From assembly GCA_037127815.1 (NCBI GenBank), contig JBAXXP010000001.1, positions 232,174-296,173 of the forward strand: 64,000 nt of DNA, in the 5' to 3' direction. Below are positions 20,048 through 30,167 of the stretch, in pieces. This stretch comes from a bacterium (lineage in GTDB: Bacteria > Patescibacteriota > Minisyncoccia > Phycocordibacterales > CAIZLB01). Made by a program: the position numbers and the translations under genes. The notes under the pieces are model-generated. The model was not told where the DNA came from. It was given only the letters and a program-made list of their open reading frames with translations, and made no database searches. Numbering within the stretch: position 1 is the first letter of the stretch; every line of letters begins with the position of its first letter.

Positions 20048-21892
20048 ATGAAAAGATTCTCAACAATATTAATGTTGGCTCTTGCATTTGCTTTTGCTAT
20101 TACAGCATCAGCTGCATCAGACACATTTACAAAGACTCTTAAGAAGGGTTCATCAGGTGCTGAGGTAGTTGCACTTCAAACTCTTCTAGAATCAAAGTCT
20201 CTACTTACAATGCCTGCAGGTGTTGCTAAGGGATACTTTGGTGCATTAACAGTGTCAGCTGTAAAGGCATACCAAGCTTCAAAGGGTATTGCTACAGTTG
20301 GACAAGTTGGTCCAGCTACTCGTTTGGCATTGAATGCTGAAGGAGCAGTTGTTTCAACAGGAGCAACAGCAACAGGAACAACAGCAACAGCTGCTACAAC
20401 TGGAATCACAACTCCTGGAGTTGAAGGAATCCTTTCTGTAACTTCTGGACCTATTACAACATCAGTTGCAAACATCGGACAGAAGATGGTTCCTATATTA
20501 GCAGTTAGAGCTCAAGCTCAAAACTCTGATATAGCAATCCAAAGAATTACTCTTAATCTAGGAACTGATACAAAGGTATACAATAAGGTATACTCAGCTC
20601 TATATGTTATGAATGGTTCAACTGTACTTGCTACTATCCCATTGAATTCAACAACAGTTGTACAAAATGGTTCAAGTTATGTTGTTAACGCAACAGGCTT
20701 CAATGTAATTGTTGCAAAGAACACTTACAAAGATATAACAATTGCAGCAGACCTTTATGGTGCAACTTCTCTAACATTGCCAACAACACAAACAATCTCA
20801 GTTGGTCTTAATGGAGTTCGTGGAGTTGATGGTGCTGGAATCGTACAATACGGTCCTGACAACAGTATAAACGGATCAATCACAATTAATTCAAGTTTGA
20901 CTGATAACGCACAAGCAAATGTTTCTACAGATCCATCATCCGCACAAACAAACCTAGTTCCAGTTACTGACACAACAAATGGTCAATACCTAGGACTTCC
21001 AGTTCTTACTTTTGCAGTTAATGCTCAAAATGACACATTGCATATTCGTAATCTAAAGGTAAACTTTGCAGTTGCTACATCTTCAGTTACACCTGCAACA
21101 GCTAGAGCAAGTGTTGCTTACCTATACCAAGGAGCAACAATGGTTCAATCAGCTTCAATCGTTTATACAAGTGGTACATCAGCATCTGCTACATTCAGTA
21201 ACATAATTAATGGAACAGCTGGAGCTTCAATCCCATTGAATACAACAGTTCCTTATACAGTTAAGGTTGATGTTTCAGGGGTTACAGCTGGTACACTTGC
21301 TGTCACAGCTACTCTTGATACTTCATCAGCTACAACATTCTTGAATTCTCAAGATGGTTCAGTTGCTGATAGTACACAAGGTGTAAATGCTAGAGTATTC
21401 GGTAGTGCAATTAGCTTTACACAAACTGTAGCCGGAAACGGACCTGCATTTGCATTAGCTTCAGCTCCTACATTGACAAAGGTTAATACAACAGCCGGAG
21501 GAGCAACAACAACACAAATGACATATACAGCACAATACTTGTTGAATGTTACTGCTGTTGGAACAGACCTACATATCGGTCTTGCAGCTTCAGGAACAGC
21601 TGCTGCATTTGGAACAGCTTCTACATCAGTTAGAACTTACGTTGGAGGTATTGCAACAACTACAGACTACAGTCTAGCAGTTAACTACAGTAAGCCAACA
21701 GGTACAACTGATGAAACTAATGGATTCATAATCGCAAGAGGACAAACAATACAAGTTCCAGTTACTTACACATTTGTTGTAACTAACCCAGGATCAAGTA
21801 CATTCTCTCTAGGATTATCAGGAATCAAGGTTAATGGAACAGTTCAAAACTTCATGGATGGCCTAACAAACTGGAGAACAAACGTTATTTAA
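20048..21892 (+). CDS. Secreted S-layer-like protein with N-terminal peptidoglycan-binding domain
   Basis: Signal peptide; LKKGSSGAEVVALQ...GYFGALTVSAVKAYQ...GQVGPATR; Thr/Ala/Ser-rich beta regions; strongly biased codon usage. Confidence 0.75.
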   Translation: MKRFSTILMLALAFAFAITASAASDTFTKTLKKGSSGAEVVALQTLLESKSLLTMPAGVAKGYFGALTVSAVKAYQASKGIATVGQVGPATRLALNAEGAVVSTGATATGTTATAATTGITTPGVEGILSVTSGPITTSVANIGQKMVPILAVRAQAQNSDIAIQRITLNLGTDTKVYNKVYSALYVMNGSTVLATIPLNSTTVVQNGSSYVVNATGFNVIVAKNTYKDITIAADLYGATSLTLPTTQTISVGLNGVRGVDGAGIVQYGPDNSINGSITINSSLTDNAQANVSTDPSSAQTNLVPVTDTTNGQYLGLPVLTFAVNAQNDTLHIRNLKVNFAVATSSVTPATARASVAYLYQGATMVQSASIVYTSGTSASATFSNIINGTAGASIPLNTTVPYTVKVDVSGVTAGTLAVTATLDTSSATTFLNSQDGSVADSTQGVNARVFGSAISFTQTVAGNGPAFALASAPTLTKVNTTAGGATTTQMTYTAQYLLNVTAVGTDLHIGLAASGTAAAFGTASTSVRTYVGGIATTTDYSLAVNYSKPTGTTDETNGFIIARGQTIQVPVTYTFVVTNPGSSTFSLGLSGIKVNGTVQNFMDGLTNWRTNVI

Positions 21893-21938
21893 TCAAGCCT
21901 AGGTTTGGTTGGAGATACGCTTAGTTAATCTAAGTTAG

Positions 21939-21973
21939 TAACAAAAAACACCCCGAAAGGGGTGTTTTTTGTT
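21939..21973 (+). terminator. Intrinsic terminator
   Basis: AACAAAAAACACCCC-GAAA-GGGGTGTTTTTTGTT. Confidence 0.9.
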
Positions 21974-22410
21974 TTGTTCGGTTTTTTAAAATTTTTATTA
22001 GTTTTATGAGTATGTAATTAATACGACATAGGTATTTTAGTTTGATTCACCTCAACCATTAGAAACTATGAAATAGCTGCTATTTTCACTAGTGATATTG
22101 TTAAGGTTCTACATGGTAGGTCTTGAAAGATTTTCTGAATCGGTACTGGAATACCTAAAGCCTATAGCAATTTGGTCTGATATTGCCTGGTATAATATAG
22201 GTAATTTTTTGCTTGGATGCCTTCCAGCTTTTACAATTGTTTATATTCTAGGGTACGCTGTTGTTACTTGCATAATGCTTTCAAATATTGATTTTAAAGC
22301 CTGAATGAAGATGGCAAAAATGCTAATGATTCTAGTTGACATCAAATATGAATTTTGATTAGAATATTGCTAGCCAAAACCAGCAGTATTTTTATGCTAT
22401 AATTTAAATA

Positions 22411-22503
22411 ATGTTTGATAAAACTTCTTTTCAATTAATAGTCGGATTTCTTTCAATACTTTTAGTTGGTTTTATTGTGTTTATTTCTTCGGCAAATCTT
22501 TAG
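22411..22503 (+). CDS. Small single-TM protein (30 aa), missed by the ORF track
   Basis: MFDKTSFQLIVGFLSILLVGFIVFISSANL; TGC-TATAAT 7 nt before the ATG. Confidence 0.55.
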   Translation: MFDKTSFQLIVGFLSILLVGFIVFISSANL

Positions 22504-22548
22504 AATTTCTTTATAGAAAACTCATGTCTCTTGTTCATACTAGGGGGT

Positions 22549-25500
22549 ATGAATAAAAAATATAGTGTTATGGTTAAATTAGTTTTTCTAATTTTATTGT
22601 GTTTAGTAATTATCAGAATTGTCATGGGCGGAAATAGGGTAGAGGCCTCGGCTGAGGTGGAAGTATTAGCTTTAAAGCCTGTTAAAATAATTGATGGAGC
22701 AGTGCCAATAACTGGTAATGAGTTTTGGTCAGCGGATTATGATTATAAAATTTCATCTCAACTTACAATCACATCAAGTTCATCACTTAGTATAGAAAAT
22801 GGGGCTAGAATATTAATAATTGATAATGGAGGTTTTGTTATAAACAATGGTGCGGTTTTGAATATTGGTTCATCTGTCAGTGACTTTATCCTTCCTCAAC
22901 CGCAGTCATCATCTCAAGCAAGACCTATAGATTTTCTTGCAGGGGTAAATAATTCTTCAGGAGGAACAATACTTCTTGCTCTTGCTGACGGAGTTTTTGC
23001 CTCATCTGTATATAAATCCTCAAATATATTAAATACTAAAATAGAAATATCTGGTTCAGGCTATAATCATGTTTTTGCATTAAATGGTGGAGCTATCTTG
23101 AATGCTAGAAAAGTAGATATTAGTGGTGTGCAAAACACTGGTGCTCAAAATGGTGTTTATAATGACATTAAAAGAACTATTTTTGGCTCATATACGGGTT
23201 CTAAGCTTAATTTATTTGAGGTAAATGTTAATAATATTAGAGCCTTTAATTATGGTGTTTTTTATGCAGGTGGGGGAAGTAGAACAGTAATATATAAATC
23301 AAACATTAATGGCTTTGTAGGGCAGACTTTTGCTGGCTTATACAACGGAGTAACAATGAATGTTTTTGATACAAAGATAAACAATTCAGTGGTAGACAAA
23401 GTATTTAATGTTTCATCGTTGAGTACATTAAATTTTCAAAAGTCTGCGGTCTCAGCAACTCAAATAAATATATTATCATCGAGCTCTGGAACATGTATTA
23501 CAGGCTTTGGAGGTACTACTGTAAATGTGTCAGACTCAGATATCGGACCATGCTTTATGGGTTTTAGTTTCTATGGAACGGGTAACTTTAAAGTAAATAA
23601 AAATAATCTTACCGGTAATGGAGATGCAGTAATAAATTTTAGTACAGGCGTTGATGTTAGTAATAATTGGTGGGGAAGTGCTACAGGTCCAAAGCCCGCT
23701 GATTTATCAAGCTTGGATCCTAATGGATACTCCACAGCAGATTACATAAGGGTAATCGCAAATCAAAATGCAATACATGATTTCAAAGGTACTGTAACGT
23801 CAACACCTTTTGCTTCCGCGCCATTCAGAGATTCTTTATGTTGTTCAAGCGTTCTCTTTATCCCCGGAATTCAAGCCAGTAGATTATATAAAAAAGGATT
23901 ACTGGGAATGGAAAATCAATTATGGGAACCAAATAGAAATAAGGACGTTGAATCTCTGTTTTTAAACTCCGTTGGAAAGTCTGTTAATTCCAATATTTAT
24001 ACAATGGATATAATTACAAAGACAAACTTTCTTGGACCTTTGGGGTCTTTAGATATATATCAAAGTGTGATTGATGTGCTATCTAAAGAAAAAACTGATG
24101 GAAATATATCTGATTTTCAAACACTTGCATATGATTGGAGGTTCCTACCTTCAAATATTCTCTCTGGTGGAATTAAAACGGATTCATATACTCTAATGTT
24201 GAAAGATAAGATTAAGGAAATGGCAAAAAAGTCTACATCAGGGAAGATAATAATTGTTGCCCATAGCTATGGCGGGCTTTTGGCAAAGGCTTTAGTTGAG
24301 GAATTAGAAAAGGAAGGATTAGACGATAAAATTGAGTCTGTGGTATTGGTTGCTGTGCCTGAATATGGTACCCCTCAATCAATACCTGCAATATTTTATG
24401 GCGACAATGAAGACCTCTTGGGTGGGCTTATACTAAGTAAATCAACTGCGGTGTCACTTGCTAAGAACATGCCCTCAGCACACCTTCTATTGCCATCCCC
24501 GGCCTATTTTACTCATGCAGACGGTATATATGATCAACAAAATATAATTAATTTAGATACCTGGACAGCCAATCATTTTAAACTTGGATTAACAAAATAC
24601 GACTCATTTCCTAGGGTGGCAGATTTTCTTAAAAATATGAAAATTGCATCTACTGATGGCATGAATGCTGCTATTTTTGATACGGCAGGGTCGGAACATG
24701 ATTTAATTGATAATTATTCCTCAGGCTTGTCTTCAAAGACTTATTCTATTGTTGGTGTTGGAATTCCAACTCTCTCCGGAATGACCTATGTTAAACCAAA
24801 GTGTAGAGGTTTTTTCTTTTGTGCACCAATCGGAAATAACCTTCCTGATTTTACAAGAAAATATTCTCTAATGGGTGATGGTGTTGTGATTGCACATAAT
24901 TTTGCATCAAGAACGGGATCTGTTTTTGCGGTGGATATTGGCAAAGAAAATGAAGTCAAAAAAACTGCTCCACTATTTTTTAGGGAGGATGCGATATCTC
25001 ATAAGGATATTTTTAGGTCATCAGGTGTTAAGGATATTCTGCATGCTATTTTAAGTAGATCAAAAAAGGAATCTGAGATGGTGAATTCTTTTGGGCAATT
25101 GCAAAATCCGTACGTATCGTATGTTTCTGGGTTATTATCTAAGCCAGGTCCGATACTTGGAAGTTATGGTAATTCATCTATACTTTCTGGAATTTCAAAA
25201 ATCGCAGAAGATGCAACTGACGCTGATTTCACTCAAAGATTTAAGAACAGCAAGATTTTGATTGTAGAAGCATATGGTCCGCTGGTTCTGAAAACTAATT
25301 TTAAAAATATTAGCGATTTGCAAAGTTTACCATTTGAACAACTAGGTCTACAGAATAGAATTATAAATTCAACAAAATATTCTGATAACAATAAGACTGG
25401 GCTTGTATCGGTTGTTTCCTGTGTCTATTCTAATTGTGAAGGTACTGCGGATAGTTTCTTTAAAGCAAATGTTTATGGACAGGGAGGGGGAGTGGGAACT

Positions 25501-26139
25501 GCACAAATCGTTCTTAAGATTGATAATAAGGAAATTATATATCCAAATATTTCTGTGACGCCATCAACGGGCGTTAAAATTGATTATTCTACAACAACAA
25601 TTTCTATAGATAATAACGCTGATGGAACAGCCGATAAAACAATTGTTCCAATTCAAATAAACATAGGTACATCTACGGATTCAGATACTGCCACAAGCTC
25701 AAAGACTGTGGAGGACCTTTTTGCGGAGGCTAGAGCAAAACTGCTTTCGTTCGGATTAGACACAGGTCCAGGTGCGAGCTCAAGTTCAAGTACAGTCTCA
25801 ATTAGTATAGGAACCACTTCTACGTATCTAATCTCCAAATACATAGATAAATTAGATGTTGCTGAAAGAAAATACCAGAAGGCGGGAATTTTGCAGTCTC
25901 TAAACATCCTTAAACCTTTCTATAATAACTTGGAATTAAATATGGGTGTGATTTCAAATTATATTAATACATACAATAAAGAACAGGGTTTTTATTCTCT
26001 TAATAATTTCTCTACTGGTAACAAAAGGATTGTGTTTTTGACTCAAAGGCAAAAGCAAATGAGAGAAGAGATTCTTGCATACACAGAAATATATTCAGTG
26101 TTCACAGAGTTAATTCAAGGGTTGGGGGAGGGGTTATAG
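22549..26139 (+). CDS. Large secreted beta-helix + alpha/beta-hydrolase (LCAT/lipase-like) protein
   Basis: Signal anchor; beta-helix repeats ending NNWWG; FIPGIQAS, YDWR, AHSYGG nucleophile, GDGVV. Confidence 0.8.
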   Translation: MNKKYSVMVKLVFLILLCLVIIRIVMGGNRVEASAEVEVLALKPVKIIDGAVPITGNEFWSADYDYKISSQLTITSSSSLSIENGARILIIDNGGFVINNGAVLNIGSSVSDFILPQPQSSSQARPIDFLAGVNNSSGGTILLALADGVFASSVYKSSNILNTKIEISGSGYNHVFALNGGAILNARKVDISGVQNTGAQNGVYNDIKRTIFGSYTGSKLNLFEVNVNNIRAFNYGVFYAGGGSRTVIYKSNINGFVGQTFAGLYNGVTMNVFDTKINNSVVDKVFNVSSLSTLNFQKSAVSATQINILSSSSGTCITGFGGTTVNVSDSDIGPCFMGFSFYGTGNFKVNKNNLTGNGDAVINFSTGVDVSNNWWGSATGPKPADLSSLDPNGYSTADYIRVIANQNAIHDFKGTVTSTPFASAPFRDSLCCSSVLFIPGIQASRLYKKGLLGMENQLWEPNRNKDVESLFLNSVGKSVNSNIYTMDIITKTNFLGPLGSLDIYQSVIDVLSKEKTDGNISDFQTLAYDWRFLPSNILSGGIKTDSYTLMLKDKIKEMAKKSTSGKIIIVAHSYGGLLAKALVEELEKEGLDDKIESVVLVAVPEYGTPQSIPAIFYGDNEDLLGGLILSKSTAVSLAKNMPSAHLLLPSPAYFTHADGIYDQQNIINLDTWTANHFKLGLTKYDSFPRVADFLKNMKIASTDGMNAAIFDTAGSEHDLIDNYSSGLSSKTYSIVGVGIPTLSGMTYVKPKCRGFFFCAPIGNNLPDFTRKYSLMGDGVVIAHNFASRTGSVFAVDIGKENEVKKTAPLFFREDAISHKDIFRSSGVKDILHAILSRSKKESEMVNSFGQLQNPYVSYVSGLLSKPGPILGSYGNSSILSGISKIAEDATDADFTQRFKNSKILIVEAYGPLVLKTNFKNISDLQSLPFEQLGLQNRIINSTKYSDNNKTGLVSVVSCVYSNCEGTADSFFKANVYGQGGGVGTAQIVLKIDNKEIIYPNISVTPSTGVKIDYSTTTISIDNNADGTADKTIVPIQINIGTSTDSDTATSSKTVEDLFAEARAKLLSFGLDTGPGASSSSSTVSISIGTTSTYLISKYIDKLDVAERKYQKAGILQSLNILKPFYNNLELNMGVISNYINTYNKEQGFYSLNNFSTGNKRIVFLTQRQKQMREEILAYTEIYSVFTELIQGLGEGL

Positions 26140-26211
26140 AAATGAAGTGCTGGTCAACCTAAATAAATAAACTTAATCCCGAACAAACTAACTATAACAA
26201 ATAAAATAAGT

Positions 26212-26850
26212 ATGATAACCTACGCTTATATAGATGCTTCAAACCTATTTTACGGTGGTAAAAAAACTTTAGGATGGAGTATTGATTATGAAAAATTAAT
26301 AAAATATTTAAAATTTAGATTTGACGCATCTAATGTGTATTATTTTGGTGGAATAGAAATTAGTGGTTATAAATTTGATTACATGATTAATGATACAGTA
26401 GATTTGAATGCTCTGAAATTACATCTATTGGAACGTATTGATAGTTACAAGAAAGACACACTAGACAAAGTCGTTGTAGGCCTTAATCATCATCTAAAAC
26501 AAGTCCGTTTTTATCAAAAATTAGAGAAATTTGGATATCAGCTTTTTCTAAAGCCTGTAAAGATATATACGGATGATGCCGGCAATAAAAAACGGAAAGC
26601 AAATTGCGACGTTGAAATGACATTTTATCTAATGCATCACAAAAGCGAATTTGAAAGAATTGTTATTTTGTCGGGTGATGGAGACTTTTTGTCTGTATTA
26701 AAGTATTTGAGAAATATTGAAAATAAAGAAATTTTCATACTCGCTAGCGGGTCAAGAACATCAATGGAAATCAGGAGGTTTGTTGGAAATAAGTTCACAG
26801 ACATACTTAATTTAAAAGATTGTATAGAAATATCAGAAGAACATATCTAA
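26212..26850 (+). CDS. NYN (LabA/DUF88, PIN-like) ribonuclease domain protein
   Basis: YIDASNL, KANCDVEM, LSGDGDF. Confidence 0.9.
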   Translation: MITYAYIDASNLFYGGKKTLGWSIDYEKLIKYLKFRFDASNVYYFGGIEISGYKFDYMINDTVDLNALKLHLLERIDSYKKDTLDKVVVGLNHHLKQVRFYQKLEKFGYQLFLKPVKIYTDDAGNKKRKANCDVEMTFYLMHHKSEFERIVILSGDGDFLSVLKYLRNIENKEIFILASGSRTSMEIRRFVGNKFTDILNLKDCIEISEEHI

Positions 26851-26858
26851 TAATTTAA

Positions 26859-26898
26859 GAGAGGCACCCCTTTTTAGGATACCTCTCGCGTGTGTTGT
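26859..26898 (-). ncRNA. Putative small hairpin RNA convergent on the NYN gene
   Basis: ACAACACACGC, then GAGAGGUAUCCU-AAAAA-GGGGUGCCUCUC (12 bp, 3 G-U pairs only on the minus strand). Confidence 0.5.
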
Positions 26899-26903
26899 GA
26901 TAA

Positions 26904-26931
26904 ATTATACCAGAATCGACACCTGCGTCAA
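26904..26931 (-). promoter_or_regulatory. Sigma70 promoter TTGACG-16-TATAAT with extended -10, facing the NYN gene
   Basis: -35 at 26931-26926, -10 at 26909-26904. Confidence 0.75.
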
Positions 26932-27007
26932 CTTGATTTTTGGAGCTTTGGTGTTGGAATAGAGATGTCTTTGCTTGATTTTTCACACACAGTAATGTAC
27001 TATCCAC

Positions 27008-27087
27008 CTAAGACTTCAGATACCGTAGGTGATTTATAAGCTTATCAATATAAACTTATAAATCATAAACCCTGCGCAGAGGTTGAG
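27008..27087 (+). promoter_or_regulatory. Ribosomal protein L10 leader (autoregulatory RNA)
   Basis: AGA..CCGTAGG...hairpin...TAAA.CCTGCGCAGAGG upstream of rplJ. Confidence 0.65.
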
Positions 27088-27292
27088 AAATAAGGGTAGA
27101 TTTGCTTAATCGCAAAATTAAACCTCATTTTTCAAACACTCCTAACCCTGAAGTCCAGCGCAAAAAGCCTGTTGAAAGTACTAAATGTACAAACAATAAG
27201 CCAAAAGCACTGGATTTTTGTGTTTAGTCAAAGTCATTCGGTCGAACGGTTAAGTTTCAAATTACAAAATAAAACGCATTGCGTTCATTGAT

Positions 27293-27787
27293 ATGCCTAT
27301 ACAAAGAGCAAAAAAAGAAGAAATAGTTTCAAAGGTTAAGGATATTATCGATTCATCAAACAGTATGGTTTTTGTGAACTTTCACAAACTTCCAGTTACT
27401 CAAACAGGTGAGGTAAGACGTGAACTTCGTTCACATGAACTTGGATACTATGTAGCAAAGAAAACGCTTGTTAAAAAAGCTCTTTCAGACGCTGGTATCA
27501 AAGGGGAACTTCCTCCACTTGAAGGTGAATTAGCATTGGTATATGGTACAGATCTTTTAGCACCAGCTAGAGAAATCTTTGCTTTCCAAAAGAAAATGGA
27601 TAAGAAAATCTCAATTATGGGAGGTGTATTTGAAGGAGTATATAAGTCAAAGGAAGAAATGGAGTCAATCGCTTCAATTCCTTCAAGAGACGGACTATTG
27701 TCTATGTTCCTTAATGTCATCAACTCTCCAATTCAAGGTTTTGTTGTCGCATTAAATGCTATAGCAGATAAGATAGATTCAAAATAA
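27293..27787 (+). CDS. rplJ: 50S ribosomal protein L10
   Basis: VAKKTLVKKAL, IPSRDGLLS; followed by rplL. Confidence 0.95.
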   Translation: MPIQRAKKEEIVSKVKDIIDSSNSMVFVNFHKLPVTQTGEVRRELRSHELGYYVAKKTLVKKALSDAGIKGELPPLEGELALVYGTDLLAPAREIFAFQKKMDKKISIMGGVFEGVYKSKEEMESIASIPSRDGLLSMFLNVINSPIQGFVVALNAIADKIDSK

Positions 27788-27826
27788 GTTAGAAAAGTTA
27801 AAATTAAAAATAATTAATATAAATAT

Positions 27827-28324
27827 ATGGATGAATTAAACACAACAACTCCTGCTGACGTTACAACTGACGTTGTAGCTGACACAGCAGTAGAGACAGT
27901 AGCTGAAGTTAAGGCCGAGGCTAAGTCAGACAAAGCAGAAGTAGTAGCTGAGGTTGCTGTACCTGCACATTACAAGGCCCTTGTTGAATCAATAGAGAAA
28001 ATGACAGTTCTAGAACTGCATGACCTTGTTAAATTCCTAGAGAAGAGATTTGGAGTATCTGCAGCAGCGGTTTCTGTAGCAGGTCCTGCAGCAGGCCCAG
28101 CAGCTGAAGAGAAAACATCTTTCGATGTTAATCTTAAGGATGCCGGAGCAAACAAGATTTCTATCATTAAGGTAGTTAAGGAAGTTCTAGGTCTTGGTCT
28201 TAAAGAGGCAAAGGATCTAGTTGACGCTGCTCCTTCAACAATCAAGGCTGGAATGAAGAAGGAAGATGCTGATGCTCTTAAGAAGCAAATCGAGGATGCT
28301 GGTGGAACTGTAGAGCTTAAATAA
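27827..28324 (+). CDS. rplL: 50S ribosomal protein L7/L12 with N-terminal extension
   Basis: [25 protein letters not shown]. Confidence 0.96.
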   Translation: MDELNTTTPADVTTDVVADTAVETVAEVKAEAKSDKAEVVAEVAVPAHYKALVESIEKMTVLELHDLVKFLEKRFGVSAAAVSVAGPAAGPAAEEKTSFDVNLKDAGANKISIIKVVKEVLGLGLKEAKDLVDAAPSTIKAGMKKEDADALKKQIEDAGGTVELK

Positions 28325-28348
28325 GCCTGGAGTACACAGTACGATTTA

Positions 28349-28388
28349 CAAAGACACCCAAAGGTAACCCCCGAGGGTGTTTTTGTTT
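28349..28388 (+). terminator. Intrinsic terminator after rplL
   Basis: CAAAGACACCC...GGGTGTTTTTG. Confidence 0.7.
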
Positions 28389-28484
28389 GCCTTAAAATTG
28401 CACCGTTAAATAATGTTGTTTTGAAATCAGAAGGTGCCAGCTAGCACTGTTGTCTTATATACTGTACTTTGCTACAGTATATAC

Positions 28485-29063
28485 ATGGATTATCTAGAAA
28501 AAATCTTCGGTGGCGCTCCAAGAGTTAAGCTTATGCGATTATTTTTGTTTAATGAGACTACTGCATTTCTTCCAACAGAAATTTTTGCAAGAACAAAAGT
28601 TGAGGCAACTCGCGCTAGAAAGGAATTAACATTTTTACTTAAGGTTGGTTTAGTTAAAAAAATAAATAGAAGTAATGGAAAGGTGGTTTGGTCTATAAAT
28701 GAAAAGTTTCCTTATCTTGTCGAGTTCCAACGACTACTCCTTCAAACAAGTTTGATTACTCCACAATCGATCCTTAAAAAATTATCTAAAATTGGTAAAT
28801 TAAAACTGGTGGTTCTCTCGGGTCTTTTTAAGGAACAAACAGATAGCAGATTAGATATTTTAATTGTCGCAGACAATGCAAAGAAAGGATCTACGGAATC
28901 TATTATGTCCAATATTGAAGCTGAGGTTGGAAAAGAAATCCGCTTTGCAGTACTTAATAGCGTTGATTTGAAATATAGATTAGGAGTAGGGGACAGATTG
29001 GTGAGAGATGTTTTGGACTACCCTCATGAAGTTGTTTTGGATAAGCTGAATCTATTTAGATAG
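28485..29063 (+). CDS. wHTH + nucleotidyltransferase-like fold protein
   Basis: N-terminal HTH (RVKLMRLFL...RKELTFL..VGLV); C-terminal VLSGLF...LDILIVAD. Confidence 0.6.
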   Translation: MDYLEKIFGGAPRVKLMRLFLFNETTAFLPTEIFARTKVEATRARKELTFLLKVGLVKKINRSNGKVVWSINEKFPYLVEFQRLLLQTSLITPQSILKKLSKIGKLKLVVLSGLFKEQTDSRLDILIVADNAKKGSTESIMSNIEAEVGKEIRFAVLNSVDLKYRLGVGDRLVRDVLDYPHEVVLDKLNLFR

Positions 29064-29287
29064 TTTCGTAAAAAAACCAAAGATAGAGGTGCTCAAGAAT
29101 GATATTTAAAAACAGACATCCCAGTGTCTGTTTTTTGTATATATTTGCAATTTAAATTATTGTTCGTGGTATAATATTACGTAAGGGTTGTCGCCCTTTT
29201 ATTAAAATAAATATTTTTCATTATGTAATTATTTATCACATTTGATTAATAATTCGAAAGAATTTATATTTTTTACAATTTATATAT

Positions 29288-29980
29288 ATGATTCAATTAC
29301 AAACTTGGGGAAGCGCAGTAAGAGATGTTTGGGTAAATACTGCATCTAACGTTATTTATGTTCTATTGAACATCCTTGTTGCAATACTAATTTTTTCAGC
29401 TGGATGGATTGCTGCAGATTTTGTTGGAAAGATTGTAGGCAAGATTATTGGAAAGCTGAAATTGGACAGATTTTTTAAGGAAATTGGACTAGAGAAAATT
29501 CTTGAAAAAGGCAATATCAGATTAAATACAGCTGGATTTGTAGAGGGAGCAATCAAGTGGTTTGTTATAGCTCTGTTCTTTATGGCCGCATTACAAGTCC
29601 TGGGATTAGATGCTGTTGCTGGCTTTATACAAACAGTTTTGGTCGGATATCTTCCAAAGGTGTTGATAGCCGTTCTGATTATGTTGGTTTCCCTTATTTT
29701 CGGGGAGGTTATTGAGAAGCTCGTGGTAGCTGTTTCATCAGCTGGACACCTTAATTCATCAAAGGCTTTGGGTGCATTGTCTAAATGGGCAATAGTAATT
29801 TTTGCAGTCCTTGCTTCATTGGTAGAGTTGGATATTGCTCCAAGTCTAATTCAAATTCTATTTATTGGTATCGTATCAGCACTATCTCTAGCATTTGGGC
29901 TGGCCTTTGGTCTTGGGGGAAGAGATCATGCTTCAAAGACTATAGAAAGTGTATGGGAAATGGTTTCAAGGAAAAAGTAG
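29288..29980 (+). CDS. Mechanosensitive-channel-like TM-helix repeat protein (CmpX-like)
   Basis: YLPKVLIAVLI, ALSLAFGLAFGLGGRD. Confidence 0.75.
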   Translation: MIQLQTWGSAVRDVWVNTASNVIYVLLNILVAILIFSAGWIAADFVGKIVGKIIGKLKLDRFFKEIGLEKILEKGNIRLNTAGFVEGAIKWFVIALFFMAALQVLGLDAVAGFIQTVLVGYLPKVLIAVLIMLVSLIFGEVIEKLVVAVSSAGHLNSSKALGALSKWAIVIFAVLASLVELDIAPSLIQILFIGIVSALSLAFGLAFGLGGRDHASKTIESVWEMVSRKK

Positions 29981-30139
29981 TCCTCAAGCTTCAGTCTGAA
30001 CAAAATGCACCCTTTAAAATGGGTGTATTTTTATGCCTATTCCACGAAAGAAGGGTATCCCCAGAAAATAAAAAAAACGACCCCCAAAATAGCTTTTTAT
30101 ATAGCCGTATAATTAATGTATCCCCCAAAAGGCTTGTAG

Positions 30140-30167
30140 TTGACAATGAAACCTCTTTGAGTATAAT
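30140..30167 (+). promoter_or_regulatory. Promoter upstream of 23S-5S (TTGACA-16-TATAAT)
   Basis: Consensus hexamers; followed by TACGAC as in the 16S promoter. Confidence 0.8.

Noticed and set aside
22068-22360. ORF 22092-22304 as a gene, or as evidence of stop-codon recoding
   Set aside because: Hydrophobic but unrecognisable and bracketed by in-frame stops, so possibly a decayed gene. All conserved genes are intact under code 11, so there is no recoding.
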